A stretch of 62,706 nucleotides of DNA, filler included, from Sphacelaria rigidula (GCA_964200075.2; 6 parts of 6 records of this genome joined end to end with filler, not necessarily neighbours in it), one strand, 5' to 3'. Shown: positions 24,384 to 38,100, counted from the first letter of the whole stretch. Notes: generated by a model not told the origin, from the letters alone. Numbers and translations: made by a program.

Positions 24384-27300
24384 CTACAGCAGAAGCAGAA
24401 GAAGCGATACAGCTGCGGTGTACGCCATAACTTTAGGGCCCGGGAGCTGCCTACCCGATGACGACGTATCCTCGTCCTCCACCTGACGGAACAAAGCGAA
24501 TGATTGCGAAGACAACCAGCGCGATAATTCAGCTTCAGTGCAAGAAAACATACCTTCTCAGGTAACGGTCAAGCCTGTGCACGAGGGCTTTATTAGTCAC
24601 ATCTCCTTGTCATCAACACAACGAAACGAACACGAAACGCGCTCCTGAACTACCGGCGACACTACGCGTAGCGCCGACATGCCAATGGTTTAACGCTCAC
24701 GAAGCTTGGAGCAACGAAGAAAATATGCACTCCCAGCAAGCACACCCTTGAATCCCAACCGACCAGTTTAATCCATGTCGATCGATCGAAAAGCCGCTGC
24801 TTGTGCATAGGGTCAAAGTATCGCAGTTTGACGTTGTCAGGTATGACCTGAAGAGGAGATGTTACTACCCATTCAGCGGCGGTCGACGGCTGCTACTGGC
24901 TGAATCTAACAACTCAGCACCTGCGCGTGCAAATGAATCTTGCGCCGACTTTCAGTTGTATGTATGCTTTATGCAATGAACCCACTAGCATGCCCTCATT
25001 ATGCAGTGTGCAAAGAAGAGCGAGTATGCTGCGCATACTGCTGGCATCTGAACACTCATGTGGCTGTTTGATGCTCACGTAGTCGTTGCTGGAAATAATC
25101 GGCACAGACACTACCAAACAGTCACGGGCACTGTTTTTTTATCAGTGTGGAGAATGCGTCACCACAAGTGTCAGTCGTACCCACCTCTTCCCCGGCACAG
25201 GTGTCTACAATCCCGAAGGTCCGATCCAAGGTGGAGTCGTCAGCCAGAGTGAGGACTTCGTCGAAAGAACCATCACAATTCTCTAGTCCGCATAATCCGT
25301 AGGGAATCGGCTGTTCAGGGTAGTAGTAGACGAAGTCGATGCACCTGACACACAACACAGCAAAAGCACCGCATACATATTGCACGGTGTAGGAAAGGTT
25401 ACACCGAGGTAGCTCGCGTGCAGTGCGCACAGGCCCATGGCAAAAGCAAAATAATTTGTGTTCGAAAAGTCATTCAAGAACGTCTTTTGTCGACACCAGA
25501 TAAATTAATGTTCTCGACAGGCCACTTTCTTCAACTTTTCCACGTCGTTTTCGCCTTGAAGTGCAACTGTTTACCTGCAGTCGGATTTATGATGGCTCTA
25601 CGCATTAGCACATTACTTAAGCATTGGGATTATAGTGGCGCTTTCTGCGACATCGCTGAGCTCAAGTGCTCCGATTGGTATCCAGCGGATCCAAGCATAG
25701 CTTGGTGCAATCAACGCTTCAAAGGGGGGCGATTTTGTCGCGACATGACGGGCTAGATAACGCAGATTAGAGAGAAAACCGCCAAGTCGGCGCGTGTTCT
25801 ACACACAGTGGCTATCGTAACACCTGTCAATGGATGTACACCGCTCTGTTTTAGAGGGTCAATACTGCACGAGGTTTGCGGAGTGCGGCCATTGTGACGC
25901 GGTGAAGAGTAGTTTAAGAGTTATCGAACCGAAGCCGTGAATCGTGTCATTATTCTGCTGTTGCCGTAGCTCTTGAAATAAGATAGCAATAGGAGGACAA
26001 GATGCCGGTGTCACCAGCAGCGCGTGAGATATCCACTACACATGCGACGGGCGCAGCACGACGCTGCACGAATGTCTCGACTGGGCAAACACACTTACAT
26101 TTCGTCTTCAGAGCCCGGACCGAAAGAGACATTCTGCCCAGGAAACTCGGCAAAAGCCGTGTCGTAGTAGCAGAGTGTCTCGAACCTGTCTCCTTTCTGG
26201 TCAAGCACACGAAGAGAAATGTGTCGTGTGCACAAGTGTGGCGACCAGAGAGCTTGAGAGCACTGCACCATGAGGAATCGTGATTACGAGCTGCACAGGC
26301 TATGGACACGCGCATCGGCTATCACATTACTCACTGCGAGTCACGGTAAGTCGTTCATACACTGCGTCATGAGGTTGGCGGGACAACGGTAGCGACTCAT
26401 TCTGATGAAAGGCGGAGGAACTACACAGTACACATGAGTGCCAGGATTGAAGGTATTGCACCAAGCACATACGCGCAAGCCTGGCACATGATATACGGTG
26501 GGGACTTCGAATAACACGGCGGCAGTCATTCTTCTGAATTTTAGACTCCTTGCAGCTGTCTCTCTCGACGAGTCATCAACGGCCCCTAATGTGTGATGAC
26601 CACACGAGGCAAACGTGCGATCTCTACTGTCTCAAAGCACCCGTGACTGGTCTCTCGCACACCTGCATTGTCTCGGTCCCGTTGGAGCTGGGGTTGAAAC
26701 CACCGCCCTGGTCGAACGAGTAGTACTCCACCCTGGCAGTGTTGATCAAGACGTCGTCGCGGTACTGATGAGTGATCATGTGCCGCCCTGTCGCATGCAT
26801 GTGCAAGAAGTGTCCGAACACGGTGACGCTTTCGTCCTGCATCCGCGGGAGCGATGGAAGCAGCAACGGGGAGCGCGCACAGGTGGCGGAGGGGACGGAA
26901 AGTCAGTATAGCGTACGTGCTGGGTCCAATTTACCTCACCAGCGAAATACCCGCTACTGTTGACCGTGCTACCACTACCCCTTCTGCTGGTCAAACTGGC
27001 ACGTCAACACCAATTCGGACAGATTTTGTGGATACGAATCTCGAGCATCGTTTTCTGGGGTCCATCGTCCGAAAACGTGATACTGTCATGAAAGTCGACG
27101 GGTCACCGGAGCGCTGATCCACATGCTTGATAGCGACGTGCATGGACAATACAAGGGGAGATAAACATTGATACCTTGAGATCAAGAGTATTTCCACAGA
27201 AGGCGAGTTTTGAATGTACAAAAGATATAACGACAGAACACAGCTCGGGGAGCAAAACGTACGCCTAAGAGCGAGCGGTTCGTTCAGCTAGTCAGACCGA

Positions 27301-30300
27301 GGAACGATTCGGGCGCGTGTCTGAGCGCGAAAGCACATTGATACCCGGTTTTAATTCTGGTGTATTTCGTTAGACATCACCTGAGCAGCAACGTATCGGG
27401 TTGGAGCAAGTCACGCTCTACACACATGGATGGAACCGACCAGCATGTTCAAATTTACAACGGGAGTAGTTCAAAAAGAGAACTCGCGCATACCTCGAAA
27501 TACTGCTCGGAGCATGACGACGGACAGGAAAAGGAGTACAGAGATTTGCCGTCCGGCAACACGTTGAATCCGCGTGACGGATCTCCGAGAACTACAGAGG
27601 GGTCCCCTAGCTGTAGGAGGCCAGCATCCATGTCGCGTAGCTCCTCTGTATAGTACACCCTGACCCCTGAGTTGTCAATCACTCCTTCATCTCCCTCGGC
27701 GTTGTTGTAGTGCGTCTGGATACCTGAGGAATTACGCGAAACACGGGAACAGAAGAAGAACGTTCATGTCGAAAGTCTGGAATCGAGTTGAAGAGCTTGC
27801 AGCTAACGGTGGTACACGATGGTATTCGACTCTTCGATGGTCTCACCAGCCCACTTCCTTCTCCAAAGACATCTGAAGCATCATTTCGGTAACGTCATAA
27901 TTACGATAATTATGAGGCGGTATAACAGCTACTTCGGCAACAAGTCATATCCACAACTCCGTTGATTGGGCATGACTTGAAACACACGGCGTGAGTTCTA
28001 CAAACACGGCATGTAGCACGGAATGGTGAGCCGAGCGAGATGCTACAGGCAACATAGGCCCAAGAGGACAGTCATGGGAGTGGCAATGGCGACATAAGAG
28101 GCAAAAGTGGCACCGCAAGTAAGGGCGGGTGACGACCGGACGCTGCGATCACTCCGGCGACAACGATCTTTAGCTTGCAAAGTTTATGAGCTCCACCATA
28201 TCGTATAGACGGGCATATACGTCTCAAGCACCACCCTACACCAATACGGTAATGTAGCCCCCTGCCCAATCTTCGCCCGCCGCTAGAAGCTTGTATCACT
28301 CACCTATGGACCGATACCCGCTCGATCCGAATCGGAATCCGACATCGTCAGGCATGGCCAGACCCGCAACTCCAGGCGCCCAACCGTAGATGTCTGCATA
28401 GGCAAAGCCATCGCAATCGCCGTCGTCGATTTCCGTGTCGCCTGACCCAAAGAACTCTATGGAGCAGTTCCCGTGGCAGTCTCCTGATTCAGGAAATCCC
28501 TTGACAACCAGATGGTGGATATACTCCTCTGCTTCGTCGTGGAGTGCCGCATCTATACCTACGACGTGAAACTGACGGGAACGTGTCAGAGGTTGAGACA
28601 CGCGATGTGGGAGACAAAATAAAAAATGGCGGTTCAAAAGGGGAGGGGGGTTGTTGAGTGCAGCAGAAGGTGGTCCACCAACGGGGGCATGATGGACACC
28701 CGGGCGTATCCCGAGCACGAACACAACACTATCGCGACAAACGCATATCATCCGATCTATTGGCCGGGGGCGGAGTAGCGAGTCGGACACGGGAAGTTAT
28801 TCTAGCACGGCAGTCGAAATCATGTTTTACACACCGAACCATTTTTCGCGAAAAATGCACAGTATCCACATAGTGTCGATCGCACCTCCCCTTCTCCTGG
28901 CAACTCCGATGCTGGCAGGCAGAAGAACTGGTAGTGCGTCTTTTCTGCCGGCATAGAGTAGTCGTGCTGCGCATAACCGTCAACGCGAGGTGCAAGCGAG
29001 AGGGACTTGTTCGTCAGAATATGCGTGCAGGATTGAAAAAAACGAAAATAGTACACCTCACACGTCACGGAGCACAACGAGACGCAGCAAGAAGCTAGAG
29101 AGTGCGGACAGTCGGGTACCGGTACGTGAGTGTATACCAGCCGCGAGACAAAAACAATAGGAAACGCTAGACACTCATCTCTTGATCTAAGGTTCGGAAG
29201 ATTTTCACGACGATCTGCCATGCGGCGAGCACGGTCAACGACGTAGCAGTGGTGAACACCCTCGGTAATCATCCCTGATGCTTAGTGTACACGTTTTCAC
29301 TGTTGCGCCTCAAGCAGATACAACCACTCTACCGTGTAAGACCTCTTACCGCCCCGACGTCAAAGTAGCTGATGTCCTCCGCAATCTTGACATCTACCAG
29401 CGGGTCCGTGCTGGCTTCGTTGTCCTCTTCAAAAAGAATCACCTGCGCCAGTGCAACATCACTGGCATGATAGGCGATCCTGTCCTGGCTTCCCCAAGCA
29501 GCGATAAGTCTCGTCGGAATAATTCCTGAAGGGTGCACAGCAGTTGATGGTTTGCACTAAGCTTTTTGCCCGCAGAGCACTTGGAAGTGATCAACGGCAT
29601 ATATGCTGCAGGAGAGCGTACGGGTGGAACTTGACGCTAAGAAGCGACATACTCCGGAGTCTTGACTCGAGCTTACTCTTCTCCCGGTCGACAAGTTTAC
29701 TTGATTATAAGTAGATGATCCAGCAGCTGCGCGCGTACTGGGTGCCGATGTCACGGCATCGAAGGACCACACCACGACCGACAGATCGTTGACATCGAAA
29801 CCAGTGGTACACGCAGTCAAGTTTCAGCGCCCATGCTTGACACTGGGCGCATCCCACACTGCAGTCGTGCGCTGACGGAACATTTCAACTGTGCACGCTT
29901 CCAGTGAAACGCTGCGCATCATGAGCAAGTGGTGGAGGGATTTCTCGCCAGATATCAGGCTTCGCAGTGTGAAGACGCAGGCTTCATACACAAGAACATC
30001 AGTGCTGAGCTCTCTCTTGAGAAATAGCGGTACTAGAGGTGGCTGAGGTTCAGTGGTACAATTGTGTTCATCATGCAGCGCTTTTTTGCACGAGATACCT
30101 TCCACAGTGTCGTCCACCAGTGTGCGATCTTGAGTGTCGCTGGTTTCCAAGGATCTCTCAGCCTCGAACACCATGCCGGTATCGCCCACCTCGGCCGACA
30201 GGAGAGTCCAGTCCTGAGAGCACTCGTCTACGATCGGAGCGCTGTTCTCGAGTGCATGCGCGTCTGTGAGGTTCCCCGACTATGAAAACGAATCCACAGA

Positions 30301-30919
30301 CGTACGCACATAGCAGAAGAGGTGGGCGGCTGTGGGTGGCCGGAGCGATGACTTTGTATTTTCTCCTTCCTGGCTCGGCATCTTGGAGGCAGGGGCAGCA
30401 GTGACTGTGTCCTAGCGGCAGAAAACCTTCGGGCCTCAACTCGGTAAAAAATAGGCAAGTTTTCTCTTGTTACACAACACGAGTCGCAGGTGCTATACGA
30501 ACTGCACGATGGCACAAAACCCGTCGAATGTATATGTCGTCATTCGTCATCGCACTCGCCAGAATAGGTCTCGGGACTCGCATGTTTCGGTCACAGCAAC
30601 GCGATCCGAAAACCTCATGGTACTGCCTACGAGTCGCTCTCACCAAGGCCTCGTAGTAGATGATGTCGGCTCCCTCCATGCCGCCCATCTCTGAAAAGCC
30701 AAACCCTGCCCATCCAGTGGCCGCCTTCGCGTGAACAGCCACACGAATGGTAGCCAGGTCCGTATCGATCGTCCAGTAGAAATCAAAATTGTCGTCTAGG
30801 GTCAAATTCCGGCTGTACGACACATCAACCTGCTGCCCGCTTGCAGGCAGGCAGACAGTCGCTAGGGCGAAGAAGGTCGCCAAGGCGGCGGAGACCCCAC
30901 CATGATGCACAACCGCCAT
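24384..30919 (-). CDS. DOMON-domain copper type II ascorbate-dependent monooxygenase (dopamine beta-hydroxylase/MOXD1-like), complete, 10 exons, 580 aa
   Basis: Phase-consistent exons 30919-30644, 30279-30099, 29525-29350, 28966-28886, 28571-28304, 27723-27494, 26836-26663, 26196-26099, 25344-25185, 24482-24384(TAG). Signal peptide; DOMON (GWAGFGFSEMGGMEGADI, QDW, LIAAWG..IAYH); Cu ligands IHHLV, QTHYNN, LHMH, DEMC..YYP; hydrophobic C-terminus. Confidence 0.93.
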
Positions 30920-33067
30920 CCTCCCGGAACTGGGTGTTGAGCAGCGTTTCGCCGAAAAGGGGCTGCTGGCCTGCGGGAGTGGCGACTGTTGTTCAGCTAT
31001 CCACACGAAGGTAAATCAAGGACAGGGACGAAATATGACCGCGCATTGTCTTGATTAGTTTCGACGCACCCCTTGCTTCTCGCTGTATCATGAGATAGAA
31101 CGGAACAAAAAATCGACTGCACACAACACTTCGGGTCTCTCGATCAACTGGGGATGTTTTTTCAGGGGCATCGTGTGAAGTCGATATTGAGCAGGACACG
31201 CGTGCAGGGACATACGGGAGGGGCGGGGGGGGGGGGGGGGCGGACTCATTGGTTGGTTGCCTTAGTCGTTTGACCATTGACCACCCACCCCTTTAAATCG
31301 GAAGANNNNNNNNNNNNNNNNNNNNNNNNNNNNNNNNNNNNNNNNNNNNTTAATTAATTAANNNNNNNNNNNNNNNNNNNNNNNNNNNNNNNNNNNNNNN
31401 NNNNNTCGTCATAGGACCAAGGCCGAAAAACAATAAGTTGCCCCCTCCCCCCCCCCCCCCCTCATGATAGCATGATTCAACTCAAATATCGGTGTATTTC
31501 TTGTGAAATTTGGAATTGTAATGAGTCGTGTGTACGTGTTTGGAATACCGTTGCTGCAGCTGAACGGCGGTACATACTCAAAATATGTGTAATGGGAAAA
31601 GCCTCCTTGGGTGGCCTTCGTTCGACATTTTTTCCGCCCTCCTGCTCGATTTAATGCACCCGTTCACTCTGAGATGGGCCCGAATATTTTCTCATTCATA
31701 TTATTTCGACAACAAAACCACATGCAGTAGGAGATGGCCCTCCCCGCACACAAGAAAGGCAGGAGCAAAGATCGCTATTTTCGACCGGTTTTGCTCGATC
31801 TGCAGCGCTATGAACCCAGCTATGGTCACCGATATGCATTCTCTAGTTAAGTAGACGAACACACGCTCAAGGATTTCGCTACAAGGCGGATGGAACAGGA
31901 CAAAACAGAATAAATCCATGGAGTGGCCAGACTGAGAGACGGCCCCGAGCAAAGCCACTACATGGACGAACCCCGCCAGGGTTTCAGATAGGGAGCTGTA
32001 CGAAAACAGAGGCCGTAGGAACTGCCCGGGGCGGAGCCGTCTGTCAAAGTGCACAGTTAATGTAGGCACAAACTTTAGCTGACTCCGGATGATGGTCGTT
32101 GACACATCGATAGAGCCGTGTATCGGTACCGATATTATTAACATATCGCACCGGAAGGATACATCGAATCGTGTCGGTAGTATGAATCGACATTGCCAGT
32201 TTATCTTCATCGGTATGAACATGTTCTACAAAGGTCATAATGCGATGTGTCATTATCAAAGAATGACTCAACCACGATCGATCTAGACTTTCTCCCGGCG
32301 CTGAAGCGCGCACCTGCCGGTATGCTCGTGATGAATATATACATATATATGTAAAAGAGATTTTCGGGAAAATTCAAAACTTGTTCCATGATCAGGACGC
32401 AAAAACGTGAGGATGGAAGCTGACGTGACGTCGCTTGGTGCTATGTTCGTGGTAATTGACCGCAGGTTGCCCAATCAAACGTGCGATCAACCATCCAATT
32501 CGAAAATGCAAAAGTCAGCAAAGCATTGAGCAGTAGCGGGTCTCTAGTACAGATAGTATATTACTTTTGTACCATACCTTGCTGTACCCTGCCGTACCGT
32601 ACCGTGCCGTACACTACAGTGCACTGCAGTATACAGTGCAGAAAAAAGCAATGCAGAAGACTACAGTAACTTGTGGTACGGTACGATAGAGCGGCACGGT
32701 ACAAGCAGCACGGCAGTACCTGCAAAGGACAGGCGAAGCCGCATGGCGACGATTCTGCACCATGCCATCCTCAAGGGTGGTGGAAGACGTCCTGAACTTG
32801 AGCGGAGCGGCAGTGCAACGAGGGGCAGCACTGCTGCTGCGCGATAGACTACGATTCGTTCACACCGTCCTCTTCCAGCCGAACAAACACGAGGCTGGCA
32901 ATGGTGAGGAGCTGTACCCAGTGCAACGTCTTGTGCGCAAGGGGCATTTGAACCTCACGCAACATAACCGAGCGAATGCTGATACCATGGCGGCAGGGAG
33001 GTCCCCTGTCTGTGATGTCAAGCGTTGCTCATTTTTGACTGACCCATTTTGATGAGCATGACAAATG

Positions 33068-33682
33068 CAAGATTGTGTTCTGTAGGGTACGATTTTTTGT
33101 ATACCCGGGGTATTTTGCCGGGTATTTACCGTACCCTACAGTTCTGGGACTTCTGTAAGACGTTCATACCGGTACCCGACAGTTCTGTAATTCTCTGGAA
33201 GACTTCATACCCTTACCCGATAGTTCTGTAATCTCTGTTAGACTCCCGTACCGTTACCGGGGGGCACGGGTACACTCTTGATGAGATATCTGATTGCGGG
33301 TACGGTTTTCTGTGCAACCTCCATACCCTACCCTACAGTTTCTGTGAATTCTGTAAGCCTCCCATACCCTTACCCGACAGTTTTGTGACTTCCGTACAGA
33401 AGGTTTACCTGTACCCGGAGCGCGGGTATGCTCTTGAAAAAATACCCGATTGCCGGTACCGGTTTTCTGTAAGCCTCCCATACCGTATCCGACAAGTTCC
33501 ATCATTTCTGCAAGACTTTCATCCAGTATCGGTACCCGACAGTTCTGTGAGCTCTGTAAGCCTCCCCTACCCCTACCCGGGGTTAGGGTATACCGTTATA
33601 AATATACCCGATTACAGGTATGAGCACAGGTATATACCTTGGGAAGGTACGGATATAGGTTCAATCCAAACACAACCTCATG
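33068..33682. mobile_element. MITE-like element with internal tandem TACCCGACAGTTCTGT motifs, copy 1
   Basis: Collinear with 34262-34796. Repeated tacccgacagttctgt(g/a)agttctgtaag units; degenerate inverted termini. Confidence 0.65.
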
Positions 33683-34261
33683 ACCTGAACATGTACCTCC
33701 CATCGATCAACTCACCCAACTCCTTCATTCAAAGCTGCACACCAACAATAATTCAATGTTAAAAAGTTCTTTGGTTTGGGATCTGACGGCATACAAGGTA
33801 CCGCTGCGTGGAAACACGAAACATGAGCAGGCCTACAGTCCGTCAGGATGGATCACCCCCGGACTCGAGTGGTGGCTCGAGCGGGGTTGGTTCATCCGCG
33901 CCACCAGAGGATCAAGTAGCAAGACGCACGTCATCGACGTTGATGGTGGTTTTGTCGTGGTCATCAAACCCCGGGCCGTTTTCGACATGTACAGCACAGA
34001 GTATGAGTTGCCACCGAAAGTCGTCAAGGCCGTCGGCGGTTTTGCCGCGTGCCGAATACAATGCCGAAGGGCTTTCAGAGTATGAGTGTACGTGAAGCCG
34101 ACAGATGTTGACGATCTCGTGCACATGTACTTCTGCGACTGTTTGTGTAGTCTTCCTCCATCAACGCTGTGAAGCCGTTCAGAGTTTTCGTGAACTGTCA
34201 TATGTATTTCGACAGTGTTGTAGTGACGTAGGTCCCACCACAGGGGTCATGATGATAATAC

Positions 34262-34796
34262 CAAGGCCGTATTTTGTAGGGTACGGTTTTCTGTATACCC
34301 GGAGTATTTTGCCGGGCGTTTACCGTACCCGACAGTTCTGTAAACTCTGTAAGATTTCCATACCGGTACCCGACAGCTCTTTAATCTCTGTAAGTTCTTC
34401 ATACCCGTACTCGATAGTTCTGTGAGTTCTGTAAGCTTCCCGTACCGTTACTGGGGGGCACGGGTATGATCTTGATAACATAACTGGTTGCGGGTACGTT
34501 TTCCGTGCACCTCCATACCTTACCCGACGTTTTTGTGAGTGTTGTAAGCCTCCCCTACCCTTACCCGACAGTTCTGTGAGTTCTGTACAAAACAATTACC
34601 CCAACCCGAGGGGCGGGTATACCCTAGAATAGTTACCCGATTGCCGGTACCGGTTCTCTGTGAGCCTCCTATACCGTAACCGACAAATTCTTTAATTTCT
34701 GTAAGAGTTTCATACCGGTACCCGACAGTTCTGCAAGTTCTGTAAGGTATCTTATACCCTGCAGAACGTACCCGTACCTTCCAGAACACAGCCGTG
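34262..34796. mobile_element. MITE-like element, copy 2
   Basis: Termini CAAGGCCGTATTTTGTAGGGTACGG / CCGTACCTTCCAGAACACAGCCGTG are imperfect inverted repeats; same internal motifs as copy 1. Confidence 0.7.
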
Positions 34797-35169
34797 TCAA
34801 ATTGTGATGGATGTCCCACTTTGCTTGTCAGGGTATGTTGTGAACTGGCTGTGACAGTGGTGGTGGTGGGCGGGTGATTCCTCCTCGTTCAACCATGAGT
34901 TATGAAGCGGCACTTCAGACTTCAGGATGGAGGGCTCAAAACAGGGCTTCAATACTGAAAAGAGTAGTTTCCGAAGACTTCTTCAGTATGGAATTTGTGC
35001 ACTTACCGGCATTTCCCCCTCCCGCCCTGATCCTGAAGTGCGAAAAACAGTTCCCAAAACTCTCTTTTGCCGTCAAATCTTATCGATATCAACCCTGAGT
35101 CTTTTCCAACGATAAAAAATCACGTTGAGGTGGGTGCGATGGTTGGTTACTTCTGTCTTATACTAGCAC

Positions 35170-38100
35170 CTTCCAATGACTTCCCAAGCTCTCTTCTTGG
35201 ACATGCCCAACCGATCTTGCAGCCATTGCACCTGGCAGGTGGTAGCACACACCATGAGCACCAGCACGCGCAGTAACAACGATGGTGGTGGTAGTAGCGG
35301 CAGCAAAATACGTGAGCGTTGCACACGATGTGCGCATTTCAAAGTGACGAGTATAGTCCGAATGCTGTCAGCATTCACATCTACACCCGGCCAGTTTAAG
35401 CCTCACGGACAACTGTGCTTCGGTGGCGTAGCTGGTACATTGATGGTCAGTTCGAGTGGAAGGTTGGGGGTTCAAATCCGACAGATTTCAGTCTCTTGTG
35501 GGGTAGAATCAGAATCTCCTTTCCGTCGTTGGAAACGTGAGGAATAAACCCACATCATGGGGCTTCAAAAGGAAGTCTTGTGAGTGCAGCTCTCGAACAT
35601 CACCTGCCTGATGCTGTGAATCGCTGCCCCGCACGCTCTGGAAACCAAAGAAGATGGAGTATCGGCTTTCGGCTCCAAAATTGCCAAACGTATGCAGCTG
35701 TCATTCTTCGTACGAATCCTACCCCACAGTTTATTATATATATGGTTCAAGGTTCCCCTTCGGGAGGTTGGTATGGGCCTCTCGGGGTAACGGAAGTCGA
35801 AATTATATGGTTACGAGAAGCTACTGTTGTATCTCAATGTACAGTAGTGATCTTGGCTGTACAAAACATCGCATGTGTTATCGGATGTCGTTCGGAAAAT
35901 ATGGGAATTCGGACGGAGCCCGACGGCGGAACCGCCGGCGTAGGATATGTGTGGTATACCCGAGGTGCCAAAGTGCGAAGTAGCTCTTGTGCCACAAAGA
36001 CATGACAGCGGGAGGCACCCCCGAAAAATTGAAATGCGTGGGACATTCTTGACATGCTCCTTGTACATCACTGTGGTTTCCACATCACCGGGCTTTTGAT
36101 AAAACAGGGTGAATGTATTCGCGGCAAACCATTTCTGTGCTGCCGTCCTGTGTGCCTTGTTCAGTCTCGCCAACGGCCGGTTGCACGGTCTTGTGTTTGC
36201 ATCTGACCAAGGCCGAGGTGATGTTCAATCGTTTTCAACTGCTTTGCTCTCATGTTCTCGTGACATTGGCGGCACAACCAGTGTGTTCGTGATCATAAAT
36301 GAACGCGAACGCGACAAAGAGAATCACGGGGGGGAAATACCCCACCAAAAGTAATCCTGTTCGAACATTTCCTTGATCCCCCACGGGCTTTGTGGTTCGA
36401 CTTTATGTTTAAAGTTTTCGATAGCCTTGAAAAGGCGTTTGTGGTTCACGATCGACACCCCGCGAAAAAGGACCAGCTTGAGCGACTTCCGGTGGCCAGA
36501 ACACGCGTCACAGGTATCAGATGACACCCAAACCTGAACGGTAACGTACCGCTGAGCCTTCTCAGTGCGCTGCAAAAGTGGTGAAATATGTGAAATGATT
36601 TATATACATATAGTACGCTACAGTAAGTAAGTACACTACAGTACTGCCTGTACATGTACGGGTACATCTACAGCTACGGGAAGTTCGCGCAGCTCTGCTT
36701 ACCAGGAACATGAAGGTGCTGTTAGACATTATTCTGACTATGCCGGTGTTCAAAGAACCACGTCCTCCAAGCAGTTCAACAGCCTCCTCCCTACTGGAGC
36801 TGCGTTCCTCGGTGCTCAGAGAGCAAAGAGCGCGAGGTCCGCGAACAAGCTCATGCGGATTAAACTTTACCACCTTGTTCAGCAAGAACAGTACACACAC
36901 TTCATTTTTGTTTTGTTTTCATTGTGGGATATCGCAATCACTCCGAGCTACCGTGGGTTAAACAAGTGTTCCGGCGTAATGTGGCGTATATTGTCTCCAC
37001 TTGACGAAGCCAGTTCGGCCAAGTCCCTTGTAGTGTCAGAGACTCCTTGACCCGACGAAAGAAGTCACGTGTAACCAAATTCGGCTGCATGCTGGAGGGA
37101 AAAATAGTATCTACATCATTTCCATACGCGCCCCTGTGGTCTAACGGTACACCTGAAACCCTTAGGTCGGAAAAACAGCAGGTTCGATTTCCACATAAAA
37201 ATGCGTCTAGTTTGGCTGTTTTTCAGAATTACCGTGCCTGATTTCCGTCCTTCAAAACATTGGGACATGAGTCCCATGAACAATATGTTCGATTGAGTTT
37301 GTCGCACCACAGTCGGCGCAGTGCGGAAATGTTTGGCCATGATCCAATCCGCCATACCAAATGCGAGGTGAGTAGCGGGGGAAAGATGGATTGGTCTCTC
37401 GAACCTACGGGTTCCTCGCGAGAAAAGGGGGGTGGTGAAGAGAAGTGGGGCGAAAAAATAAAAATAAAACATGTTCATACAACATCTCCATCGCCTACAC
37501 CAAAGAAGATGTTTTTCAAGACCCTGCAGTACAACACAGCAAACGCGTGTCGTCCTCAGATTTTTGCGCATGAATAATATTTTCAGACCCGCGGTATGCC
37601 TGAACAAAAAAGTTCCGAAATCGACAAACGTTGCAGTGCGGACTAATTTCGGGGCAAGGATCGCGGGTATATACATATATATATATTCACTTCTCGAACG
37701 GAAAAAAAGTGACATGGATACGTTTTTTTCAGTGAAGACATTCCGTCACTTAGCTTTCTGCACTACGTATGTTCACGTTCGCATGCACGCATGCATGCAT
37801 GCAAAAAAAGCGTGATTACAAAAGCTGAACGCTTCAATGACAATAGCGTGTACGCTACTGACGGTAAAGTATTGAATTTCATTTGAAAAATGTCTTCCAA
37901 TTACATACATGGCATGGTCATCATAGCTTTCTGGATAAATAGAAGTGCTGATTCGTCGACGCGGTTTACGACAGCACATGGTCATATTCACTACACCTTC
38001 GGGGCGATGTTTCCATCTACACTCATTCCCAGCAGAGACGGCTGTCGATATATCATTCTTCGGATGACGGTTCTCGGCGCCTGCTTGCACAGCCAATCGA

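Noticed and set aside
121..30919. ADH + copper monooxygenase as a metabolic gene cluster
   Set aside because: They are on different contigs joined artificially.
31297..31305. ATCGGAAGA at a contig end
   Set aside because: Resembles an Illumina adapter remnant; too short to interpret and not biological.
33068..34796. CRISPR-like array from the iterated motifs (also 51400-51690, 61770-61860)
   Set aside because: Repeats are degenerate with no unique spacers, there are no cas genes, and the context is eukaryotic.
35800..36900. Coding-like fragments in the mTERF intron
   Set aside because: Broken frames with no recognisable motif; the flanking mTERF exons join in phase without them.
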